Below, in pieces: positions 22,155 to 32,770 of a stretch of 64,000 bases of DNA. This stretch comes from Nitrososphaeraceae archaeon (lineage in GTDB: Archaea; Thermoproteota; Nitrososphaeria; Nitrososphaerales; Nitrososphaeraceae). The number at the start of each line of letters is the position of its first letter. The stretch's first letter is position 1. Below the pieces are notes generated by a model, which searched no databases, was not told the origin of the DNA, and saw only the letters and a program-made list of their open reading frames with translations. The stretch is taken from contig JADDOW010000046.1 in assembly GCA_016782225.1 (NCBI GenBank), positions 3,710 to 67,709 of the forward strand. The letters are read 5' to 3'. Position numbers and translations under genes: made by a program.

Positions 22155-23825
22155 ATGGGATTTGTACACAAAAAACGATTGTCAATGTCTTTTATTGCTT
22201 TAATGTTTATAATGGTTTTCAATATATGCCCATCATCTCAACCATCATATGGCGCATATTCTAAAGCAGAGCCTTCTCCAAATGGCCCTGTAATAAATGA
22301 TCCAAACCTTACTGTTGAAAAGATAGCCAGTGGCTTAAAAACCCCTACAAGTATGGCGTTTTTAGGCAGTAATGATATTCTTGTAACTGAAAAAAACACC
22401 GGTAGGGTAATGGAAGTGCGAGATGGTACTGTCCAAGACAATCCTGTGTTGGATGTTCAGGTAGCAACTTTTATTGAACGAGGTTTGTTGGGAATAGATT
22501 TGTCTACATATTCTGATGGCAGGACATATGCTTTTCTCTATTACACTGAGTCAGGTGGAGGAAAGGATGGCGATGATTTTGAAGATGGTGTTGAACCGGT
22601 AGGTAATATGCTATATAGATATGAATATGTCGATGGGCAGTTAATCAACCCGGTTCTTCTTTTGAATCTGCCTTCGGAGCCAGGCACAACTAATAGAACC
22701 GATCATGACGGGGGTAAAGTTCTGATTGGGCCTGACAATAACGTGTATCTGGTAATCGGAGAGGTGGGTGGCCATAGAACTCTGGCGCAAAACACCGAAG
22801 ATGGTCCTAATGCAGACGGTACTGGTGGTATATTGAGAGTAACTCCAGATGGGTCAGTTGTACCTGGTGGCGCCATTTTTGGAAATGAATTGCCCCTAAG
22901 TATTTATTATGCAATGGGAATTCGAAATAGCTTTGGTATCGATTTTGACCCGGTAACTGGGAATTTATGGGATACTGAAAATGGTCCATCGTCAGGCGAT
23001 GAAATCAACCTGGTTGGACCTGGATTTAACAGTGGTTGGGCCTTAATTCAGGGATATGAAGGTAATAATGTTATGGACACTGGGACATCAGGGAGTGATT
23101 TGGTACAATTAGGTGGTGGTTATTATGGTGATCCAAAGTTTGTTTGGAACATTCCTATAGGCATAACTGATGCTAAATTCCTAAACTCTGATAAATTGGG
23201 AAAAGAGTACCAGAATGACCTTTTTACTGCCGACATAAACAATGGGTATCTTTACAGGTTGACACTTAATGGGGATAGAAGTGGAATTTTAATGGATGGC
23301 ACTTATGCTGGTGATTTGCAATCTTTATACGATAATGCTGTTGATAACGCAAGGGAAAGTGAACCCATTATTTTTGGACAGGGTTTTGGTGGTATAACTG
23401 ACATAGAAGTGGGACCGGATGGTTATATGTATGTGTTAAGCTATGCAGGAGATATTTATAGAATTTTGCCAACTTCTGTTAGCTCAGCACCAAAAAACCT
23501 ACCAGCTGCCCCACCACAAAATAATCCCTTGTCTTCTGCGTCTTCAGGCGCAATCCCTGCAACAGTTGTAGGCATAGCGGGTGAAGAGTCATATTCTCCC
23601 AATCCAATTGAAATTCAAGTCGGACAAACAATTACATGGTACAATGAAGATTTGATAGCCCATACCGTAACATCCGGTTCGGATGATTCGGACGCAGGCT
23701 CAATGTTTGATTCAGGTAACATGTTAAATAAGCAAAGCTATAGTTTGACGTTTGATGAGCCAGGGGAATATGAATACTTCTGTATCTATCATCCTACAAT
23801 GGTGGGGCAGGTACTTGTAAATTAG
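22155..23825 (+). CDS. Secreted PQQ-dependent sugar dehydrogenase (GSDH-like) fused to a C-terminal cupredoxin
   Basis: ERGLLGI, HDGG, GIRNSFG, ENGP...DEIN; HTVT and YFCIYHPTM type-1 Cu motif. Confidence 0.88.
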   Translation: MGFVHKKRLSMSFIALMFIMVFNICPSSQPSYGAYSKAEPSPNGPVINDPNLTVEKIASGLKTPTSMAFLGSNDILVTEKNTGRVMEVRDGTVQDNPVLDVQVATFIERGLLGIDLSTYSDGRTYAFLYYTESGGGKDGDDFEDGVEPVGNMLYRYEYVDGQLINPVLLLNLPSEPGTTNRTDHDGGKVLIGPDNNVYLVIGEVGGHRTLAQNTEDGPNADGTGGILRVTPDGSVVPGGAIFGNELPLSIYYAMGIRNSFGIDFDPVTGNLWDTENGPSSGDEINLVGPGFNSGWALIQGYEGNNVMDTGTSGSDLVQLGGGYYGDPKFVWNIPIGITDAKFLNSDKLGKEYQNDLFTADINNGYLYRLTLNGDRSGILMDGTYAGDLQSLYDNAVDNARESEPIIFGQGFGGITDIEVGPDGYMYVLSYAGDIYRILPTSVSSAPKNLPAAPPQNNPLSSASSGAIPATVVGIAGEESYSPNPIEIQVGQTITWYNEDLIAHTVTSGSDDSDAGSMFDSGNMLNKQSYSLTFDEPGEYEYFCIYHPTMVGQVLVN

Positions 23826-23842
23826 AAATTTATGACTTTGTA

Positions 23843-24670
23843 TCAAGATGGTGAATTTGCAAAGCGCTGACGCATTAACCTAATTATTTGCTCGTTTCTA
23901 CCTGGGTGAAAATAAATTTCATCAGTAATTCTGGCCAGTTCTTTTATATCTAGAGGTCTGCCTTCTGGCAGCTTTTTATTGGCATCATCAAATTCTTTTT
24001 CCGAAACAGATCTTGAATAACTTTCAATTTCTTGATTAATTCTGTAACCATTAACTTCTTTTTGTAACAAATATATTTTGTTTTTACAATCCCGCAAATG
24101 ATTATCCAATTTCTCTATTTTATCCGCTAGATGTAGATTTGATCTATATACTTTTAGATACTCTATAGTTAATCCATATTCTTCAGCTTTTTGTATAATT
24201 CTTTCTTCTTTTTCTGCTATCTTTTTATCAAGTTCCATTAGGAGCATTGTGTTTTTATTGATATGGGAAGGAATATCATATGAGGAAATGTCAAGGCTAG
24301 ATGCTAAATTGAATACCTCGTCTATATTTGATACAAATCCTTTCTCGTCTCCCTGATATCTGTAGCAATAATTGCTTATCTCCTCCAGTAGTTTTTCTAT
24401 CTTGTCTTCTGTCAATCCCCATCTATTCAATTTTTTGTTTAATCTAAAAGAGGATGCAAAATGGTTTAAATCAATATTTTATTTTTTTATCCCCAGAGCG
24501 ATTTCTCTAAGTAAATCCATATCTGGAGTATTGATTTTGGCTTGTTGAATTATGCCTGTTACACTTCCTTCGCTTATGTTGTTATCCAATGCTATTTTGT
24601 CCCGAGAAATACCTTGAAGCCATTCTCTTAAAACCTTGGTTTTTATATGATGAGGAATACGATTGCCCAT
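23843..24670 (-). pseudogene. HTH/coiled-coil hypothetical protein split by one in-frame TAA
   Basis: ORFs 24479-24670 and 23843-24430 share a frame: GIKK*NIDLNHF... Confidence 0.7.
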
Positions 24671-24772
24671 TTATCTTTTGACAATAAGTATAGTACTGAT
24701 AGAACCTATTTAAATAAATTAATTAATTTGTTGCAATTAACCGTCGCAATGTCCTCTTATTTTTACCTTATT

Positions 24773-24805
24773 GATGGATTGACGATGGATTGACGATGGA
24801 TTGAC
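24773..24805. repeat. 11-bp tandem repeat, 3 copies
   Basis: gatggattgac x3, intergenic. Confidence 0.85.
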
Positions 24806-25090
24806 GGCCACAAGAAGGACAAAGGGCACTTGTTTTTACTTTTTACTAAATACAATTTAGTGCCTATTGTAAATTGTTAAGGGAATTATTTTCAATGATG
24901 ACCAGAAGAAGAAATATGTTTTTATGTATGAAAGAAATGCAGGACCGTAATTGTTTGTATGAAAATTGAGGAAAGCAAATGAAGTGTTTGTTTAGACGGG
25001 CAGAGTTATTTGTAGATGCGTAAAGTATGAGTATGCAATAATAAAAGATCGAGTTATGGTGTCATCAGAATAGCAATAACCGTTTAAATA

Positions 25091-25121
25091 TTAGGCATAC
25101 CTAAGAATTAGGGAAGCCTAA
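25091..25121. promoter_or_regulatory. Tandem TTAGG-N4-CCTAA operators
   Basis: ttaggcatacctaa-gaa-ttagggaagcctaa directly after TATA tttaaata (25083). Confidence 0.7.
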
Positions 25122-25124
25122 ATA

Positions 25125-25451
25125 ATGACTCAATCTCAACAGCATGTTTTTAAAAAAGAAAAACAAGAATCTATGCCTATCTTAAAGGAATTATTTGATG
25201 GATTTTCATATAAAATACTTTTATCGACATTAGACGAATCAAAATCTGTTTTTCAAATCTGCAGTGAAAATACCGTTCCAATAAGTTCCACTTATAAAAA
25301 AATACGAAAACTAAAGGATATCGGTCTCTTGTTTATTGACAAAATTGTAATTAGCGAAAGGGGAAAGAAAATAGTTTTCTATAAAAGCAAAGTTCGATCC
25401 ATTGAATTAACATTGGACAAGCAACAGGTCATTTTGCAACTAAAAAAATGA
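25125..25451 (+). CDS. Winged-HTH (ArsR-like) regulator
   Basis: KILLS...KSV.QI...VPISSTYKKIRKL...GLL...GKK..FYKS. Confidence 0.75.
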   Translation: MTQSQQHVFKKEKQESMPILKELFDGFSYKILLSTLDESKSVFQICSENTVPISSTYKKIRKLKDIGLLFIDKIVISERGKKIVFYKSKVRSIELTLDKQQVILQLKK

Positions 25452-25588
25452 GAAAAACTTTTCATAAAGCAACATGAAAAAATTGTAAAATAAAAAGTTA
25501 ATTCTGGATAACTTTTTCATGATGGCATTTCAAAATTGTCAATCAATAAAGTTAAAAAACAATACGCTGTATATTATAATTATCATCA

Positions 25589-26056
25589 ATGACTATTTAC
25601 ACGGGAAATTCCGATATACCAGAGCAGTTGTATGTAGGCACCGCAGAGGCAGAACATGTAGAAATGTACTTGAAAGCAATGTGGTCAATATTAGAAAGTG
25701 GTCAGGAGTTAAAAGTTAGTTCAATAGCCAAAATATTAAATGTGACTCAGCCTTCCGTAGTTCAAATGCTTCATAAGTTAAACGATACTCGTTTAATTGA
25801 TTACAAAAAAGGCTCAATTGTTGTTCTTACTAACGAAGGGGAGAAAATAGGTAAACAAATGATTCGTAACACTCGATTGTTAGAGGTTTTGATGAAAGAT
25901 GCTTTAAAAATAGACATAGATGAAGAAATGGTGTGTGGGATTGAACATCATATGAAACAAATATTTACGGAGGCGTTATGTACATTATTAAAGCATCCTA
26001 CAATATGCCCACATGGGTACAGTATTCCTGCGGGAAGTTGTTGCATTAAAACATAG
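25589..26056 (+). CDS. DtxR/MntR-family metal-dependent repressor
   Basis: EMYLK, IAKILNVTQPSVVQML, RLLE, CGIEHH, CPHG.IP. Confidence 0.92.
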   Translation: MTIYTGNSDIPEQLYVGTAEAEHVEMYLKAMWSILESGQELKVSSIAKILNVTQPSVVQMLHKLNDTRLIDYKKGSIVVLTNEGEKIGKQMIRNTRLLEVLMKDALKIDIDEEMVCGIEHHMKQIFTEALCTLLKHPTICPHGYSIPAGSCCIKT

Positions 26057-26149
26057 TGGCCTAATGAGCGTCTGTTATTCAAATAATGGTTAATGCCAAA
26101 TTATTGGTTTAAATACATATAAAAATAAATTAAATAAAGATCCGATATC

Positions 26150-26947
26150 ATGCTATTCCGACCAATTGCGGTATTTGATTCTGGTTTGGGCTCATTGTCT
26201 GTTGTAAGAGAAATAAGAAAAATTGCCCCTGCAGAGAATATATTGTATTTTGCTGATAAATTAAATTTTCCTTACGGTAAAAAATCTAAAGACGACTTAA
26301 AACCCATAATAAGAAATTCCATTAAATTTTTAGAAAAATACAGACCTAAGCTCATAGTTATCGCCTCAAATACCCCCTCTATACAAATTTTTGATGAAAT
26401 AAAAAATGAATTTTCAATTGATATCATTCCAACAAAACCTCCACTTAAAAAGGCAGCATCTATGAGTAAAAAAAATCATATCGCTATAATGGGTTCTACC
26501 GGACTGTTAAATAGCAAAGAATTCAATTATTTGTTGAAAAGGGAAATTCCTCAGCATATTTTTATCACTAAAATAGATTCATCTGATTTAATTGATATAG
26601 TCGAGAATGGATCATTTCTATCTGATCGAAATCATACCTTTAAAATTATTCAAAAAACAATAACATCAAATTTTGATGATTCCATTGATGTGCTTGTTTT
26701 GGGTAGCACTCATTTGCCTTTTATTAAAAACTATATTGGAGATCTTTTGCCTTCAATCAAATTTATAGATTCATCCTCTCAAGTTGCGAAGGATGCAAGG
26801 AATTATTTGCAATTCAACAAAGATCTAAATAGAAATGGCAAGGGAAAACTTGAGATACTTGTTTCATCAAATAAAAAAGACTTTCAGGCTATACTCCGTT
26901 ATATGGGTACGAGGGAAATAATATATGACGTGTCTTTGCAATTCTAG
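26150..26947 (+). CDS. Glutamate racemase (MurI-like) homologue with Ser in both catalytic positions
   Basis: FDSGLGSLSV, PYGKK, IASNTP, LGSTHL. Confidence 0.8.
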   Translation: MLFRPIAVFDSGLGSLSVVREIRKIAPAENILYFADKLNFPYGKKSKDDLKPIIRNSIKFLEKYRPKLIVIASNTPSIQIFDEIKNEFSIDIIPTKPPLKKAASMSKKNHIAIMGSTGLLNSKEFNYLLKREIPQHIFITKIDSSDLIDIVENGSFLSDRNHTFKIIQKTITSNFDDSIDVLVLGSTHLPFIKNYIGDLLPSIKFIDSSSQVAKDARNYLQFNKDLNRNGKGKLEILVSSNKKDFQAILRYMGTREIIYDVSLQF

Positions 26948-27022
26948 GTTTTCCTGGTAGCATTTAAATTACTTTAAACTGAATAAATGAATGATTTTTT
27001 TGGTTATTGATGTGTAAAAAAT

Positions 27023-29140
27023 ATGAAAAAAATTAGAATTGGAATAGATGTAGGAGGTACTTTTACAAAGGCTGTAGCTATTGATGTGCTTGATAAAAAG
27101 ATTTTGGGTAAAATGTCGGTTCACACAACCCACTCCTCTATGGATGGTGTGTCTGAAGGAATTGTTAATGTGTTGTCATCACTCATCAAAAGAAATAACA
27201 TAAATCCAATGGAAATAGAGTTGATCTCTCATAGCACTACTCAAGCAGTTAATGCTCTTTTGGAAGGAGATGTTGCAAAGGTTGGCATTATTGGAATGGG
27301 TGTAGGATTGGAAAAGTCTAATATCGTAAAAAGAACTCACATAAAAAACATTCCATTAAGTTCTAATAAATTTTTAAAGACCAGTTATGTTTTTTTAGAT
27401 ACCTCAAAGTATCTGAAGGAAATTGATATTGAAAAATCAATTGAAAGTCTTGAATCTGAAGGGGCTCAGTCTATTGTTGTCAGTGAAGCCTTTGGTGTTG
27501 ATGATCCAAGTAACGAAATGTTTGTAATGGACAATTCAAAATTGCCGTGCACCTCCGGGCATGAATTAGCGGGTATATACGGATTAGAAATTAGAACCTT
27601 AACTGCAACCATTAATGCAAGCATACTGCCAAAAGCCATCAATACGGCCAACTTTGTCAAATCTGCAGTGAAAAAACTTGACATATCTGTCCCATTGATG
27701 ATAATGAAAGGGGATGGGGGCGTCACAACATTGGAATCCTTTTTGCATAAACCTATAATTACTGTTTTATCGGGACCTGCTGCAAGTGTAGTTGGTGCAC
27801 TTCTTTTTTTGCAGGTTTTAGAAGGCATTTTTATTGAAGTAGGGGGAACTTCAACAAATATCAGTATTATTAAAGATGGGAAGCCTGAAATGCGTTATGT
27901 TACTATTATGACTCACCCTACATGTATTAGGTCTTTTGATGTTCGTATATGTGGGGTAGCTGGTGGTTCGCTTACCAGAATTTCCAGTCACAAGAGAATT
28001 GTTGACGTAGGTCCGAGGTCTTCTCACATAGCTGGATTAGAATATTCTTGTTTTGCTGATCCGGACGAATTACGGGAAGGGGAGATTGTACTCATTAGCC
28101 CATTAGACGATGATCCCTCTGACTATGTTTGCATCCAAACTCCAAGTGGAAAGTTATATGGCATTACTAATACTTGTGCAGCTAATGCATTAAATATCAT
28201 TCCTATCGATGATAATGCCTTCGGAAACGCTGAGTCTGCAAAAATTGCCTTTACCAAACTGTCTGGCTTCCTTGGGATACCTTTCAAACAAATAGCCGAA
28301 CAAATTCTTGACATTTCTGTTACTAAAATTGTGAATTATATGGTGCCTGCGATAAAAGAATACAAATTAGCAAAAGATCGGGTGGTCATCATTGGCGGCG
28401 GCGGCGGCGCATCTGTTTTAGTTCCGAAGGTAGCGGAGAAACTTGATCTTCAATACAAAAAAGCAGAGTATGCTGATGTTATATCATCTATAGGCGTTGC
28501 AACAGGGATGATATATGAAGAAAAAGAGCGTACAATTGCCAATCCATCTCCTGATAATGTATCTCAATTAATAGATGAAGTTAAAAACGAAGCTATTTCT
28601 AAAAACGCATCACCTGATTCATTGTCTATCCAATCTGAATATATCAGCGAACGGGCCGTACTTAGAGTCACAGTCATGGGTAATGTTACACTGGATTTGT
28701 CTAATGCTCGCTCTAGGGAATTGGATTGTGATGAATTGACACGAACTGCTAATGAACTATTTAGACAAAACGGAAACATTGTTTTAGAAAGTAATATCGG
28801 AAATTATTATGTATTTTCTAATTCATATGTTCAAAAAAAATTCTTATTTAAAACAAAAAAACAATCAATCTTAGTACTTGATAAATTTGGCCGAGTGAGG
28901 TTGTCTTTGGATTCTGGTAAATTGATAAATGGTCACTCAAAGGAATTATCTGAAAATCTGTTACCGCTTTTATCTGGTCTATCGTCATCATCTTCTGGTC
29001 TTTCACCTCAAATCCATCTAATTGATGGATTTCAAATACTGGATTTCTCGAGCCTTACTGCAAAGGAACAGGTTGTTAAAGCTATCCGAGAGCAATTAGA
29101 CAGAATAAACTCTAATATTCTATTGGTTGTAAAGAACTAA
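27023..29140 (+). CDS. Hydantoinase A/oxoprolinase-family ATPase
   Basis: GIDVGGTFT, HSTT.A.NALLE, NA.I.P, SGPAA, EVGGTST, GGGS. Confidence 0.85.
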   Translation: MKKIRIGIDVGGTFTKAVAIDVLDKKILGKMSVHTTHSSMDGVSEGIVNVLSSLIKRNNINPMEIELISHSTTQAVNALLEGDVAKVGIIGMGVGLEKSNIVKRTHIKNIPLSSNKFLKTSYVFLDTSKYLKEIDIEKSIESLESEGAQSIVVSEAFGVDDPSNEMFVMDNSKLPCTSGHELAGIYGLEIRTLTATINASILPKAINTANFVKSAVKKLDISVPLMIMKGDGGVTTLESFLHKPIITVLSGPAASVVGALLFLQVLEGIFIEVGGTSTNISIIKDGKPEMRYVTIMTHPTCIRSFDVRICGVAGGSLTRISSHKRIVDVGPRSSHIAGLEYSCFADPDELREGEIVLISPLDDDPSDYVCIQTPSGKLYGITNTCAANALNIIPIDDNAFGNAESAKIAFTKLSGFLGIPFKQIAEQILDISVTKIVNYMVPAIKEYKLAKDRVVIIGGGGGASVLVPKVAEKLDLQYKKAEYADVISSIGVATGMIYEEKERTIANPSPDNVSQLIDEVKNEAISKNASPDSLSIQSEYISERAVLRVTVMGNVTLDLSNARSRELDCDELTRTANELFRQNGNIVLESNIGNYYVFSNSYVQKKFLFKTKKQSILVLDKFGRVRLSLDSGKLINGHSKELSENLLPLLSGLSSSSSGLSPQIHLIDGFQILDFSSLTAKEQVVKAIREQLDRINSNILLVVKN

Positions 29141-29232
29141 TTTTAGGTAATTTCGATTTCGATTTAAGCCAATAATTATCAAATTGCAATTAATTAACGT
29201 TTTTAAGATTCAAAAATTCATTTCAAAATGTC

Positions 29233-30156
29233 TTGAAAGATATAGTAGTTTTGGCCGGTCCTTCCTCATTAAATTTAGGAAATCATATTTCTGCTCGCTT
29301 AAAGTCCGTATCTATTCCAGTAGATCTCAGAATTTTTTCAGATGGTGAAAGTAAAATAAGGATTGATGCAAACCTGTTAGACAAAAAATGCATAATAGTT
29401 CAATCTACCTATCCACCTGTGGATTCTCACCTCTTGCAAACATTGATGATTGTTTCTTGTTGTTATGACTTGGGAGCTTCAGAAGTTGTAACTGTAATGC
29501 CTTATATGGGATATGCTCGTCAAGACAGGAAGTTTTTAGAAGGGGAATTTCCGACAATTTCATTAATTGCCAGGATGCTAGAATGTATTGATGTTCGTAA
29601 TTTAATTACGGTGGATATCCATAGCATTAAGGCGCTCTCATATTTTAAACTAAATGTTTTGAATATTTCGTCTATAAATTCACTCGCAAATTATGCTAAA
29701 ACTCAATTTAATCTGATCAACCCTGTTGTTATTTCACCTGATATGGGGGGCATTTCACGAGCTAAAGATTTTTCAAAAATAATACAATCTGATTTCTTTG
29801 GATTAAAGAAAATGAGAGACCGAGTTTCCGGAAACATTGTTGTGGATGAAAATTTAGAATTCGATGTTAAAGACCGCGATATAGTTATTATAGATGATAT
29901 GATTTCTAGTGGGGGAACAATATTAAAATCATTAGATGTTTTGAAAAAAAACAGGTGTGGTAAAATCTATGTCATGTGTGTACATGCCTTATCTGACGAA
30001 AATTCTATAAATACGTTGAAAAATGCGGGACTAACTGATATTGTTTCAACTAATAGTGTTCCTAGGTCATGTTCAAAAGTCGATCTTAGTTTGGATATAA
30101 CAAATGCGTTGTCTTCTATCACTGGTGATTGCATAAAAGATGATGGTTTTAACTGA
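29233..30156 (+). CDS. prs: Ribose-phosphate pyrophosphokinase
   Basis: FSDGE, PYMGYARQD, VDIH, SPDMGG, IIDDMISSGGT. Confidence 0.95.
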   Translation: MKDIVVLAGPSSLNLGNHISARLKSVSIPVDLRIFSDGESKIRIDANLLDKKCIIVQSTYPPVDSHLLQTLMIVSCCYDLGASEVVTVMPYMGYARQDRKFLEGEFPTISLIARMLECIDVRNLITVDIHSIKALSYFKLNVLNISSINSLANYAKTQFNLINPVVISPDMGGISRAKDFSKIIQSDFFGLKKMRDRVSGNIVVDENLEFDVKDRDIVIIDDMISSGGTILKSLDVLKKNRCGKIYVMCVHALSDENSINTLKNAGLTDIVSTNSVPRSCSKVDLSLDITNALSSITGDCIKDDGFN

Positions 30157-30179
30157 AACATCAAATACAATACAACACC

Positions 30180-31109
30180 ATGGCTAATCTAGATGTGACT
30201 TTTCTTGGAACATCCGCAGCAATGCCTTTAGAAAATAGGTTTCTTTCTTCTATCGTTGTTAACAGGGATGGGACATTGTTTATTTTTGACGCGGGAGAAG
30301 GTATGCAGTATAATTTTATTCGTGCGCGATTTGGTTTTAATAAAAAAACTATGCTTTTTATCACACATATGCATTCAGATCATATTTTGGGTATTTTGGG
30401 TTTTTTTCAGACACTTTCATTACAGGGACGAAATTTACCTATAGATGTTTACGGTCCTAAATTGCTTTATGATTTTTTAAAAGAAAATCTTAGAATTCTT
30501 GGTATCAATTTGTCTTTTGGGATAAATATCCATGCTATTGATGACAATGAAGGAATTCTCGTGGCCAACAAAGACTACAAGATAGTGTTTTGTAAATCTA
30601 ATCATGGCAGCGATATTTGCTCTTTTGCTTATTGCTTGATAGAAAATAGCCGTCCTGGTGAATTTGATATAAAAAAAGCTAAAGAATTGGAAATTCCAGA
30701 AGGCAACCTATATCGGATGTTGCAAAATGGTGAAAATGTGATGTTTAACAATAGATTAATATCTTCTAATACTCTAGTAGGACCAAGACGTCCTGGAAGA
30801 AAAGTTGGCATTTCGGGGGACACAAGGCCCTCACGTGAATTGTGTGAGTTTTTCAAGAATTGCGATCTGTTAATTTTTGAATCTACTTTTAAATCTGCTG
30901 AATTAGGCAAAGCCAAAGAGAGCTTTCATTCTACTGCTTTGGAAGCAGCCAGCCTGGCAAAATTAGCATGCGTACGTAGATTATGTCTTACTCATTTTAG
31001 CACTCGATATAGAAACCTAGTTGATTTGTTAAATGAAGCTAAAGCCGTTTTTTCGGATGTCGATATAGCTTGTGATTTGAAATCCATCTCCGTTCCATAT
31101 AGAAAATAA
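30180..31109 (+). CDS. rnz: Ribonuclease Z
   Basis: FLGTSAA.P, DAGEG.Q, THMHSDH, SGDTRP, HST, THFS.RY. Confidence 0.95.
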   Translation: MANLDVTFLGTSAAMPLENRFLSSIVVNRDGTLFIFDAGEGMQYNFIRARFGFNKKTMLFITHMHSDHILGILGFFQTLSLQGRNLPIDVYGPKLLYDFLKENLRILGINLSFGINIHAIDDNEGILVANKDYKIVFCKSNHGSDICSFAYCLIENSRPGEFDIKKAKELEIPEGNLYRMLQNGENVMFNNRLISSNTLVGPRRPGRKVGISGDTRPSRELCEFFKNCDLLIFESTFKSAELGKAKESFHSTALEAASLAKLACVRRLCLTHFSTRYRNLVDLLNEAKAVFSDVDIACDLKSISVPYRK

Positions 31110-31128
31110 ACAAATTTTAATCGAATGT

Positions 31129-31836
31129 TCAACTAATTATTTTTATAAAGTTTCTTAGCAGTTCTTTTTTATCGTTTGATAAAACCATGCATGCTTCAAC
31201 AAGCTCTCTCTCTATGGTTATTTGCTCTGATATGATTTTTTTTAATTTTTGGCCATCTAATCTGTCCAATTTCTCTATCTCTCCATGATTATATGCCATG
31301 ATATATTCGCTTATTAACTTTAAAATAAAAGATGGTGCATACCGTGACAATAACAATATGCCTTCATTAATTGTTGTATTGTTGGTGACATCATTATCTT
31401 CTTTTCTATTGGAATTGGAATTTGAAATATATGACTCTAACAGTTTCATTCTCACTCTAATATCGCCTGTTTCTTCTATAGTTGATGCAATAATTAGACC
31501 AATATTGGTAAGTTCATAATATGGAATTCCTTCCATTTGAAGAGCTTTTGGACCCCTTTTTATTGGTAGTCTGCCTCCCTCTTTAACCACTTGGGCGGGT
31601 AAGAGCACTTCGTCAAGATCCTTAAAAATAGCCGAATAGATGTTTTGCCATGCAATATCGTATTTTTTTGCTAATATGTGAGCTATCGCTGTTCTAGTTT
31701 TGCCTTTTGGATCTTTTTCTATTGCAATATGAGCTATTATTCCTCTTTGCCTCTTTGCCTCTCTCGTTGACTTAGCGTGATGGGTCTTAAAAGTATCAAA
31801 AATTGCAATATGGTTACCTCTCTTCAAAAATTCCAA
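31129..31836 (-). CDS. Hypothetical protein, probable winged-helix DNA-binding
   Basis: 235-aa ORF, TAIAH...YELT.IG. Confidence 0.65.
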   Translation of the reverse strand: MEFLKRGNHIAIFDTFKTHHAKSTREAKRQRGIIAHIAIEKDPKGKTRTAIAHILAKKYDIAWQNIYSAIFKDLDEVLLPAQVVKEGGRLPIKRGPKALQMEGIPYYELTNIGLIIASTIEETGDIRVRMKLLESYISNSNSNRKEDNDVTNNTTINEGILLLSRYAPSFILKLISEYIMAYNHGEIEKLDRLDGQKLKKIISEQITIERELVEACMVLSNDKKELLRNFIKIIS

Positions 31837-31937
31837 TCCGTTTTTTTTTCTAATATATTTATATGTATTTTAATTTTATCCGATATTGTAGTTTTAAACT
31901 AAAAAAATTTTTTAAAAAAATGTATTTTTAACTGTTT

Positions 31938-32207
31938 CTATTTTTTGGGGGGAGCAGCACGCATTGTATCTACTTGACCGCTGTGAAGCCAGTCCTTTAG
32001 TTCTTCATGCGATGGTTTGGTGTCGTGTTTTCCTTGCAAGTGTAGGTGAAGCAATACATAGTTTACTTGATTCAATATAACCTTGTTAGCTTCGTCACCT
32101 TTACGAGCTTTTGTCTTTAGGTCTCCTGGAACAGTTGTCCACCATTCCTCGAATGTTCTCTTTTTTTGAGTTTTAGCTTGTGTACCAAATCCCTTGGGTA
32201 ATGTCAT
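31938..32207 (-). CDS. Small hypothetical protein
   Basis: 89-aa ORF with protein-like composition, T-rich downstream. Confidence 0.7.
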   Translation of the reverse strand: MTLPKGFGTQAKTQKKRTFEEWWTTVPGDLKTKARKGDEANKVILNQVNYVLLHLHLQGKHDTKPSHEELKDWLHSGQVDTMRAAPPKK

Positions 32208-32476
32208 ATTGCTTGTAGATTAATTGATGATGGTATTAAATGTTTTTTAAAAATTGCAAAAAGCCGTTTGTTTATGTGATTGCTGCACATCTTATTTTGG
32301 ATTAGGGATGTTTTCATGACATTGACATAAAGATTTGCCAAATGGATGATGTATTAATTATCCAATTCTCTTGGATTTTATTTTGTGCGGGATGGCGATA
32401 GTGTTTCCCTGTAGTTCACAATTAATTGTCCTGGCAATAGTAATATCTTTATGACATTAAAAATATAATATGTTTA

Positions 32477-32770
32477 ATGTCTAATTATGATACTGAAAAA
32501 GACGTTTATGTGATTGTTCATGGTCAAAAACATTTGTTCGAACCAATAAAATCAAAACTCTCTGCCTTTGGATTTAAATCTGATAAATTGATTCCTGCCG
32601 ATATGAATAAAACCGGGAATCCTGGAGACTTTGTTGCTATGGTTTGGCCTCCAATGACCCCAAAAGAAATAATTCTTAGTGAGATAATTGATTTTAATGG
32701 TAATGGTCAGGGAATGGGAGCATGGGCATCACTTAACCAAAAAGAATTGGAGCGCATTTCTTTAGACTAA
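32477..32770 (+). CDS. Hypothetical protein
   Basis: 97-aa ORF convergent with the cbi genes. Confidence 0.65.
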   Translation: MSNYDTEKDVYVIVHGQKHLFEPIKSKLSAFGFKSDKLIPADMNKTGNPGDFVAMVWPPMTPKEIILSEIIDFNGNGQGMGAWASLNQKELERISLD

